Translations under genes and position numbers: made by a program
Part shown: one piece after another, positions 52,700-64,000 of the stretch
Layout of the letters: each line of letters opens with the position of its first letter
How positions within the stretch are numbered: the first letter of the stretch is position 1
Notes under the pieces: model-generated
What the model was told of the DNA's origin: nothing
The model's input: only the letters and a program-made list of their open reading frames with translations
Database searches by the model: none
Source of the DNA: Ylistrum balloti
Lineage: Eukaryota
Length of the DNA: 64,000 bases
Reading direction: 5' to 3'
NCBI RefSeq assembly: GCF_031769215.1
Contig: NW_026782145.1
Location: 496,001 to 560,000, forward strand

Positions 52700-53225
52700 A
52701 TACACACGCACCACAACAAGATGTAATTATCTGGTATACCCCCGATATAACCCCGCACCACAACCAGATGTAATTATCTGGTATACCCCCGATATACCCA
52801 CCGCACCACAACCAGATGTAATTATCTGGTATACCCCCCGAATATACCCCCGCACCACAACTAGATGTAATTATCTGGTAAACCCCCGATATACCCCCGC
52901 ACCACAACCAGATGTAATTATCTGGTATACTCCCGATATACCCCCGCACCACAACCAGATGTAATTATCTGGTATACCCCCGATATAACCCCGCACCACA
53001 ACCAGATGTAATTATCTGGTATACCCCAGATATACCCCCGCACCACAACCAGATGTAATTATCTGGTATACCCCCGATATAACCCCGCACCACAACCAGA
53101 TGTAATTATCTGGTATACCCCCGATATACCCCCGCACCACAACCAGATGTAATTATCTGGTATACCCCCGATATACCCCCGCACCACAACCAGATGTAAT
53201 TATCTGGTATACCCCCGATATACCA
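52700..53225. repeat. Minisatellite, ~47-bp unit (cgcaccacaaccagatgtaattatctggtatacccccgatatacccc), ~11 copies
   Basis: cgcacc at 52992 and 53039; internal inverted repeat accagat/atctggt. Confidence 0.96.
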
Positions 53226-54345
53226 ACACTCCACTACCTAACGTAAACACCCAGTATACACACGCACAACAACCTAACATAAACACCCGGTATACACACG
53301 CACCACAACCTAACACACGCACCACCAGAACCTAACTTAAACACCCGGTATACACACGCACCACAACCTAACTTAAACACACGGTATACACACGAACCAG
53401 AACCTACCGTAAACACCCGGTATACACACGAACCACAACCTAACGTAAACACCCGGTATACACACGCACCACAACCTACCGTAAACACACGAACCACAAC
53501 CTAACATTAACACCCTGTATACACACGCACCACAACCTTCCGTAAACACCCGGTATACACATGCACCACAACCTACCGTAAACACCCGGTATACACACGC
53601 ACCACAACCTACCGTAAACACCCGGTATACACACGCACCACAACCTACCGTAAACGCCCGGTATACACACGCACCACAACCTACCGTAAACACCCGGTAT
53701 ACACATGCACCACAACCTACCGTAAACACCCGGTATACACACGCACCACAACCTACTGTAAACACCCGGTATACATACGCACCACAACCTACCGTAAACA
53801 CCCAGTATACACACGCACCACAACCTACCGTAAACACCCGGTATACACACGAACCACAACCTAACATAAACACCCGGTATACCCACGCACCACAACCTAA
53901 CGTAAACACCCGGAATACACACGCACCACAACCTACCGTAAACACCCGGTATACACACGCACCACAACCTAACATAAACACCCGGTATACACACGCACCA
54001 CAACCTACCGTAAACACCCGGTATACACACGCACCACAACGTAACGTAAACACCCGGTATACACACCGACAACCTACAGTAAGCACCCGGTATACACACG
54101 AACCCACAACCTACCATAAACACCCTGTATACACACGCACCACAACCTAACTTAAACACCCGGTATACACACGAACCACAACCTAACATAAACACCCGGT
54201 ATACACACGCACCACAACCTAACATAAACACCCGGTATACACACGCACCACAACCTAATTTAAACACACGGTATACACACGAACTAGAACTTACCGTAAA
54301 CACCTGGTATACACACTCACCACAACCTACCGTAAACACCTTGTA
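53225..54345. repeat. Minisatellite, 36-bp unit (aaacacccggtatacacacgcaccacaacctaccgt), ~31 copies
   Basis: 12-aa period VFTVGCGACVYR on the minus strand; internal deletions shift frame. Confidence 0.97.
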
Positions 54346-54774
54346 AATACTTTGTATACATACGCCCCGAAAATAACGTCGACACCTGTTAAACACACGA
54401 ATTACAACTTTACGTAATACACAGTATACCATATAATTGTTCGACCTGACATGGAGCTTCACGCGCTCGCGGAAATGAAAACGCGCAAAGAGTAGTTCGT
54501 GATTGCTATGGATCGTTATCATTTTATTGCCTTGGAGGTACTTCACCTGTGAATGGTTAACTGTCATTTGTGGAAAATTATTATATTTATGAATGTTTTT
54601 AAACTGATATCCTAAGCAACCCATAAGTGCATACAGAACAGGTCAACTCATAGAACGAACTTTTTTTATTGTAGTAGAACGATGTCAAATAATGTCGTGG
54701 TATAAAATAACCATTGTGCAACATCAGTGAATGCCAAATCTCCAATACAATGTGACAAAATATACCACTACATC

Positions 54775-56860
54775 AACACACAGCGTCAACATACCCTACA
54801 AATCATCTACGACAGCGTCAACACACCCGACAAATCATATACCACAGCGTCAACATACCCTACAAATCATCTACGACAGCGTCAACACACCCTACAAATC
54901 ATCTACCACAGCGTCAACATACCCTACAAAGTATATACCACAACGTCAACATATCCTACAAGTCATCTACCACAGCGTCAACACACCCTACAAATCATCT
55001 ACCACAGCGTCAACATATCCTACAAATCATCTACGACAGCGTCAACATACCCTACAAATCATCTACGACAGCGTCAACATACCCTACAAATCATCTACGA
55101 CAGCGTCAACATATCCTACAAATCATCTACGACAGCGTCAACATACCCTACAAATCATCTACGACAACGTCAACATACCCGACAAATCATCTACCACAGC
55201 GTCAACATACCCTACAAATCATCTACGACAACGTCAACATACCCGACAAATCATCTACGACAGCGTCAACATACCCTACAAATCATCTACCACAGCGTCA
55301 ACACACCCGACAAATCATCTACGACAGCGTCAACATACCCTACAAATCATCTACCACAGCGTCAACATACCCTACAAATCATCTACCACAGCGTCAACAC
55401 ACCCGACAAATCATCTACCACAGCGTCAACATACCCTACAAATCATATACCACAGCGTCAACATATCCTACAAATCATCTACGACAACGTCAACATACCC
55501 TACAAATCATCTACCACAGCGTCAACATACCCTACAAATCATCTACCACAGCGTCAACATACCCTACAAATCATCTACCACAGCGTCAACATACCCGACA
55601 AATCATCTACCACAGCGTCAACACACCCGACAAATCATATACCACAGCGTCAACATATCCTACAAATCATCTACCACAACGTCAACATATCCTACAAATC
55701 ATCTACCACAGCGTCAACATATCCTACAAATCATCTACCACAGCGTCAACATACCCTACAAATCATCTACGACAGCGTCAACATACCCTACAAATCATCT
55801 ACCACAGCGTCAACATACCCTACAAATCATATACCACAGCGTCAACATACCCTACAAGTCATCTACCACAGCGTCAACATACTACAAGTCATCTACGACA
55901 GCGTCGACATACCCTACAAATCATCTACCACAGCGTCAACATACCCTACAAGTCATCTACCACAGCGTCAACATACCCTACAAGTCATCTACGACAACGT
56001 CAACATACCCGACAAATCATCTACCACAGCGTCAACATACCCTACAAGTCATCTACCACAGCGTCAACATACCCTACAAATCATCTACCACAGCGTCAAC
56101 ATACCCGACAAATCATCTACGACAGCGTCAACATATCCTACAAGTCATATACCACAGCGTCAACATACCCGACAAATCATCTACCACAGCGTCAACATAC
56201 CCTACAAGTCATCTACCACAGCGTCAACATACCCTACAAGTCATCTACCACAGCGTCAACATACCCTACAAGTCATATACCACAGCGTCAACATATCCTA
56301 CAAGTCATATACCACAGCGTCAACATACCCTACAAATCATCTACCACAGCGTCAACATACCCTACAAGTCATATACCACAGCGTCAACATATCCTACAAG
56401 TCATATACCACAGCGTCAACATACCCGACAAATCATCTACCACAGCGTCAACATACCCTACAAATCATCTACCACAGCGTCAACATATCCTACAAATCAT
56501 CTACCACAGCGTCAACATACCCGACAAATCATCTACCACAGCGTCAACATACCCTACAAATCATCTACCACAGCGTCAACATACCCGACAAATCATCTAC
56601 CACAGCGTCAACATACCCTACAAATCATCTACCACAGCGTCAACATACCCTACAAATCATCTACCACAGCGTCAACATACCCTACAAGTCATATACCACA
56701 GCGTCAACATACCCTACAAGTCATATACCACAGCGTCAACATACCCGACAAATCATCTACCACAGCGTCAACATACCCCACAGCGTCAACACACCCGACA
56801 AATCATCTACCACAGCGTCAACATACCCTACAAATCATCTACCACAGCGTCAACATACCT
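54775..56860. repeat. A/C-rich minisatellite, 32-bp unit (cagcgtcaacataccctacaaatcatctacca), ~65 copies
   Basis: Three units give the 32-aa period seen in both 700-aa ORFs (54727..56862 and 54731..56953). Confidence 0.98.
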
Positions 56861-59800
56861 GACAGATTATATACAACACAAAAGGACATAAAATATCATT
56901 CCTTTAACACACAAACAAAATTCTATATTCAGTTCCCGGAAGAATTGTATTGAGAATATTTATTCTTCTGTCTATGATAACTGGGGTTTTTTTTCAAACA
57001 GAAATTCATTATCTGACAAGCCCTTTCTAACGGCATGCCCATTTAGTGTAACTAAATTGATTTTGATGGAAATGATATCTCAAGCTTCTCTCTGGGTGTG
57101 TGTATATATCTATATTTGTAATCAATATTATACAATTTTGTAAGAATGCCATCTATGCAGATCGTCTCACTTATCCAGAACGTAGGTGTTAAAAGACGGG
57201 ATTAAATATTAATTGTTTACTGGTAATTGGCTACACCCTACATATGCATCGCCCCGCTCCAGACTTGTAGGTGTACCAAGAGCATGCACACCCAGCAGCT
57301 GTATCATTTCCAGGCTTGTCTGCGCCTACGCCTTGAAATGGCGTTACTTATTACGAAATTAGATTCAAGTCAGATGTACACCATCTAGGCACGAAAGAAC
57401 AAATGCAATATTTGACATTGAAATACAGATATGGTTTGTCACTATGGCGCCTGAACTCCAGAGCGAGTACTCTATGAAATTTAGTACAAATTTTCGCGAT
57501 AAGATTTCTAGAAACAACAAATGTATTTCATACCGAGGCTGACCATGTATTTCCATATACAATCAGATTTTCAAAGACAGTAAGCAAACACTGTTCATAC
57601 CTAAAATTATCTTATGAAGCAGACTCTACCGAGTCTGCAGTTTCTTATTTAGAATATACTTCCGTCTGACGTTGATCATATTCTATCGATCACCGTACCA
57701 CAGAATACCTTCGATGAGAAGAATTACTGTCAATTTTTCAGGACACTCCTTGGAGATTACAAACAACCTTTAATTATTTTTTTTAAACATGCTGCTTAAT
57801 TGAAACAAGTTTCAGAAGACTTTGTATGACTTAGGATATTTTTTTCAATTTATATAGGACAAGATTCAAAGTGATTGTTTCGGAGAACATTCAATTGATT
57901 TGGGAAAAGCTTCAATGATTTAGGGAAACATTCCATTGACATGGGAAAAACTATCAGTGATTTAGAAAGTATTATGAAAAACCTTTCATGTTTTCCTCAA
58001 TCTTCATTCTCCTGAACAAGCATTTGCCATAAGATTATAGCAAATGAAATGAGCATTCTGCTCCGCGTATCGATATTATGTTATTAGATAACGTAGATGG
58101 CATGGGAATTTTTAGATTCAAGTCACGTGTTCATGTTGTCACAAAATATGAACACAATAGAGGCATTCCCTCTGGTGTAATATAAACTCGCTGTATTACC
58201 GTAATTGAGGCTTAAATGCCCGTTCGTAGTCTAGGGAAAATGAAACGAGTTTCTTATATAGAGGTAACATTATCGGTAATTAATTCGGGTTCCGGGAACT
58301 AATGAGTTGTCGGATAGATTCTGATTGCCTGCTGGGTAATTAATACATCTTCTGCCACGCCATATTACAGCGACTGTCGTGAGGTCGTTCACTAAGGTCC
58401 CACCAAGAGCCATCAAGCTGGGGAGGTAATCACCACAGCCGTAAATTCTACCGGAACTAGGGAGGTAATTTTAACAGCGATGCACACAACACGATAACAA
58501 AAGACTTTTTGCATGATGTAATTACATTCTTCGTTTCAACATTCTCTGTTACTGAAATGAACAAATGAATGACTGTATCGTACAATCCATGGTTTTCAGC
58601 TCATCACTAAACGTGCATTTATTCTAAATTATTTTAAATCAATTAAAAATGTCGAAGAATTTCAACTTTTCGTTTTAAGAGAGTTTGACTGGAACTACGT
58701 ATAAAAGTAAAGGTATTATTCGATACAGGATCAACAAACTTTCATTTAGCTTGATAGACGGCCATTGGTGTAATGATAATTTACCTCAAAATCACGTGAT
58801 CCTCCAGTGATCGTGGTATACATTGCCTAACGATAACATGCATAAGACCAGAAATCCCCCGTTTTCAAATAAAACGACGGTCGATCATACCTAAAACAAA
58901 GTGGATACATTGCCAATTTATGTAGATTGTGTATATCTATCTGACTATTGACTAACGCAGATCTCCACGCGAAGGAAATGGATCCTATTGATGACGCCAT
59001 AAATAAAGACACAGAGATATTATCATCACTTTTGTGATTTCTGAATCAGAAGATCTACAATCATTCTCGCGTGTAATTTATTCGTTTTGACAGATTTTAA
59101 TCCGGACTGGAGAATCGAAGAGAGACACGCTGCAACATCAGACAGCACGTGCTTATGTTCCATAGCACGCATGAATGAGTTGATGCTTTGTTGAAATTCG
59201 TGGATGTTTATCTAAACGAGGAAATATCAGTTGTTTTAGTCGGGGTGCCACCCGGGGAGGTAGTTAGATGTAACTGACGGCACTTGTTTTGTTGATGGCG
59301 GTAATATCAATCAATATCTGCTAGCTGATTGAGTTTAGGATAGTTTTTTATACTGAGTTGTACATCCATCACCATGTGTTATCAGCACTGGCTTTGTTCT
59401 CTCACTCCATTTGCTCATAACAATGGAAGAAATATCTAAGGCTTCAGTTTCTAACAAAGTTCCACAATACGGAATCTACTTACAACACAAACAATTAATA
59501 GAACACGAAAAAAGACAGTAAACAGGAAAACGACTCGCTCCATCCGAATGGTCATACAATTGCGTCCTGTGACTACTTTAACGGCCCATTTCGTGCTAAA
59601 TTTTCGGTCTGTTATGACCTTATCTCACTTGACTGTTTATCTGAGGATGTACCTTACCGTAGAGAATCTTGCGTGCTGGTTAAAAAGCAACGATGTGCTG
59701 TGGATGCACACCGAATCCATAAAAGGGAGAACAAACTGATAATGGTAACCCATTAAGAACAACATCTGCTTGTTATTCGACTCATACAATAGCATGCTTA

Positions 59801-60189
59801 ATATACGTGTATAACACAACCGATCATTATTTATTTCTGGTTAATTTGGATCTTTTGATTTATCGTTTGTTTTACTTTTTACGTCACACGTCAGCAACAC
59901 GTAGAATAGAAGTTATCTCAAGACTACACGGGTCTGATAAATTATCACGTTGTATACATTTTCTGTGGCGCGTGGATCAAATGCTCTTCAAAGTGGTATA
60001 TGGTTCTTTCTGTAGAAAACATTACCTTTGAACTACGTATCCATGATTGAACGTTAAATGAAGCTGAACAACGAAGGTCATTTCAATGCCCAAAAGTCAC
60101 GGGAAAAATCATTATTCAACCGACTCATCACATGAGTCGCCTCTTTTCCATAGCTTCACATGAGTCGCCTCTCTCCCATGAGTTTCACA

Positions 60190-61622
60190 CGAGTTGCATC
60201 TCACGATATTTTGACATGGGTCCTTTATCCGCCACATCTCACGATACTTTAACATTTACTCTTTATCTGCCACATCTCACGATACTTTGACATGGGTTCT
60301 TTATCCGCCACATCACACGATATTTTGACATGGGTTCTTTATCCGCCACATCTCACGATACTTTGACATGGGTTCTTTATCCGCCACATCACACGATACT
60401 TTGACATGGGTTCTTTATCCGCCACATCTCACGATACTTTAACATTTACTCTTTATCCGCCACATCACACGATACTTTGACATGGGTCCTATATCCGCCA
60501 CATCTCACGATACTTTGAGATGGTTTCTTTATCCGCCACATCACACGATATTTTGACATGGGTTCTTTATCTGCCACATCACACGATACTTTGACATGGG
60601 TTCTTTATCCGCCACATCACACGATATTTTGACATGGGTTCTTTATCCGCCACATCTCACGATACTTTGACATGGGTTCTTTATCCGCCACATCTCACGA
60701 TACTTTAACATTTACTCTTTATCCGCCACATCTCACGATACTTTAACATTTACTCTTTATCTGCCACATCTCACGATACTTTGACATGGGTTCTTTATCC
60801 GCCACATCTCACGATACTTTGACATGGGTTCTTTATCCGCCACATCTCACGATACTTTGACATTTACTCTTTATCTGCCACATCACACGATACTTTGACA
60901 TGGGTCCTATATCCGCCACATCTCACGATACTTTAACATTTACTCTTTATCTGCCACATCTCACGATACTTTGACATGGGTTCTTTATCCGCCACATCAC
61001 ACGATATTTTGACATGGGTTCTTTATCCGCCACATCTCACGATACTTTGACATGGGTTCTTTATCCGCCACATCTCACGATACTTTGAGATGGGTTCTTT
61101 ATCCGCCACATCTCACGACACTTTGACATGGGCTCTTTATCCGCCACATCTCACGACACTTTGACATGGGTTCTTTATCCGCCACATCACACGATATTTT
61201 GACATGGGTTCTTTATCCGCCACATCACACGATATTTTGACATGGGTTCTTTATCCGCCACGTCTCACGATATTTTGACATGGGTTCTTTATCCGCCACA
61301 TCTCACGATACTTTGAGATGGGTTCTTTATCCGCCACATCTCACGACACTTTGACATGGGCTCTTTATCCGCCACATCTCACGACACTTTGACATGAGCT
61401 CTTTATCCGCCACATCTCACGATACTTTGAGATGGGTTCTTTATCCGCCACATCACACGATACTTTGACATGGGTCCTATATCCGCCACATCTCACGATA
61501 CTTTAACATTTACTCTTTATCTGCCACATCTCACGATACTTTAACATTTACTCTTTATCCGCCACATCACACGATTCTTTGACATGGGTCCTTTATTCGC
61601 CATATCACACGATACTTTGAGA
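60190..61622. repeat. Minisatellite, 38-bp unit (acatctcacgatactttgacatgggttctttatccgcc), ~37 copies
   Basis: Direct periodicity; a recurrent variant carries taacatttact in place of tgacatgggtt. Confidence 0.97.
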
Positions 61623-62130
61623 TGGACTGCTGGAGGATAGGGCAAGCATTAAATCATATAGAATATAGGTAACACCTATAGTAAACTGTCAAGTGCAACG
61701 AAAACCCCCACATAGTATGGCTCTTAGTAAATTGGAATTGAGATGTCTTTGTAAACACAAATTAAGGAAATCTCTAAGAATTGAAATGGCGTATACAGGT
61801 AACAATGACCATGCATGTGTGATAATTAGTAATTATATACAACTCAACACATAAAAAGTGGCTTTGAAGCGAAAATCTTTGACGAGATCATTTTTTTCTT
61901 CTACACTTCTACGTAAACCGCCATCTAGGAATGGCATCTTGTGATCTAGATTCTGAGCCGTCTAATTCATCCCCCTTTCAGGAGACAGGTCCCAATATAC
62001 AAAACCATGATTGATTTTCAGACTACTGTGTAAAACAGTAGTCAACCTTTCCAGTGAGTTCACAAGTCCCAAAATAACCTAACTGACAACAAATTCTCTT
62101 AATTGCAACTGAAGGTCATGCAAATCAATT

Positions 62131-63380
62131 CTCAGTAAACAGTAGTATACAACTGACACTCACTAAACGTCTGTATACGACAGAGACTCACTAAACATCA
62201 GTATACGACTGAGACTTACTAAACATCTGTATACAACTGACACTCACTAAACATCTGTATACAACTGAGACTTACTAAACATCTGTATACAACTGACATT
62301 CACTAAACATCTGTATACAACTGACACTCACTAAACATCTGTATACAACTGAGACTTACTAAACATCTGTATACAACTGACATTCACTAAACATCTGTAT
62401 ACAACTGACACTCACTAAACATCTGTATACAACTGACACTCACTAAACATCTGTATACAACTGAGACTTACTAAACATCTGTATACAACTGACACTCACT
62501 AAACATCTGTATACAACTGACACTCATAAACATCTGTATACAACTGACACTCGTAAACATCTGTATACAACTGACACTCATAAACATCTGTATACAACTG
62601 ACACTCATAAACATCTGTATACAACTGACACTCATAAACATCTGTATACAACTGACACTCATAAACACCTGTATACAACTGACACTCATAAACATCTGTA
62701 TACAACTGACACTCATAAACATCTGTATACAGCTGAGACTTACTAAACATCTGTATACAACTGACACTCATAAACATCTGTATACGACCGAGACTTACTA
62801 AACATCAGTATACGACCGAGACTTACTAAAGCGTAGTTTACAGCTGAGTCCCACTAAACATCTGTATACAACTGAGACTTACTAAACATCTGTATACAAC
62901 TGAGACCTACTAAACATCTGTATACAACTGAGACTTACTAAACATCAGTATACGACCGAGACTTACTAAACATCAGTATACGACAGAGACTCACTAAAGC
63001 GTAGTTTACAGCTGAGTCCCACTAAACATCTGTATACAACTGAGACTTACTAAACATCTGTATACAACTGAGACTTACTAAACATCTGTATACGACCGAG
63101 ACTTACTAAACATCAGTATACGACCGAGACTTACTAAACATCTGTATACGACCGAGACTTACTAAACATCTGTATACGACCGAGACTTACTAAACATCAG
63201 TATACGACCGAGACTTACTAAACATCTGTATACGACAGAGACTTACTAAAGATCTGTATACAACTGACACTCACTAAACACCTGTATACAACTGACACTC
63301 ACTAAAGATCTGTATACAACTGAGACTCAGTAAACAGTAGTATACAAATGAGACTTACTAAACACATGTATAGAACTGGG
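62131..63380. repeat. Minisatellite, 28-bp unit (aaacatctgtatacaactgacactcact), ~44 copies
   Basis: aaacat at 62221 and 62249; interrupted twice by gcgtagtttacagctgagtccc (~62830 and ~63001). Confidence 0.97.
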
Positions 63381-63399
63381 ACTCACTACCTGCCTATCT

Positions 63400-63818
63400 C
63401 AGTACACGTCAGGTTGGTTACGTCTGACTACCGCAGTACACGTTATGGTTGGTGACATCTGATTACCGCAGTACACGTTATGGTTGGTTACGTCTGACTA
63501 CCTCAGTACACGTTATGGTTGGTTACGTCTGATTACCTCAGTACACGTTACGGTTGGTGACGTCTGACTTCCTCAGTACATGTTATGGTTGGTGACGTTT
63601 GACTACCTCAGTACACGTTATGGTTGGTGATGTCTGACTACCTCAGTACACGTTATGGTTGGTTTCGTCTGACTTCCTCAGTACACGTTATGGTTGGTTA
63701 CGTCTGACTACCGCAGTACAAGTTATGGCTGGTTTCGTCTGACTACCTCAGTACACGTTATGGTTGGTTACGTCTGACTTCCTCAGTACACGTTATGGTT
63801 GGTGACGATAGATTACCT
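63400..63818. repeat. Minisatellite, 35-bp unit (cagtacacgttatggttggttacgtctgactacct), ~12 copies
   Basis: Direct periodicity; starts about 20 bp after the preceding unrelated array. Confidence 0.96.
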
Positions 63819-63819
63819 C

Positions 63820-63833
63820 GTTACTATGGTAAC
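63820..63833. promoter_or_regulatory. RFX X-box consensus match GTTACTATGGTAAC
   Basis: Matches GTHNYY-AT-RRNAAC and is a near-perfect palindrome. Function untested. Confidence 0.3.
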
Positions 63834-64000
63834 ACAGTAGTTGGTAGAATTATCCTACTTATAAAAAGATACCTGAGATTCCGAGTTACACGGGTGACCT
63901 TCATTAATTTTGTACAAAACTTCACGTATAGGAGGACTGGGTGTCAGCGACTTATCCGGGCACGAACAATGTGGCCCATTTGTCTTATTTTTCAACGCCT

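Noticed and set aside
53373-54624. Cys/Gly/Val-rich 244-aa and 382-aa minus-strand ORFs
   Set aside because: 36-bp array with internal deletions that swap frames; two frames are open simultaneously.
54727-56953. 711-aa and 740-aa ORFs, the longest in the track
   Set aside because: They are the same 32-bp unit read in two frames. The unit is not a multiple of 3, so each ORF cycles through all frames. The A/C-rich strand simply lacks stops.

Overview
This is AT-rich eukaryotic (animal) genomic DNA. A relic repeat near 38 kb tentatively points to a mollusc, probably a bivalve. I recognise no protein-coding gene, rRNA, intact tRNA, CRISPR array or autonomous transposon. About 30 kb (~47%, summed from hand-placed boundaries) is made of ~26 mostly unrelated minisatellite arrays with 28-76 bp units, the largest ~5 kb. 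Every ORF over ~150 aa in the supplied track lies in an array and is explained by a stop-free repeat unit. The unique DNA between arrays looks intronic or intergenic. It holds a few weak candidate exons (one with a trypsin-like motif), relics of short non-autonomous elements, and an apparent excess of ACGT-cored palindromes (TGACGTCA, CACGTG) and RFX X-boxes. I found no convincing evidence of a new biological system. The best leads are the density and narrow unit size of the arrays, the X-box/CRE module at 37.4 kb, and the trypsin-like segment at 40.6 kb. Array boundaries and copy numbers were read by eye and are approximate.
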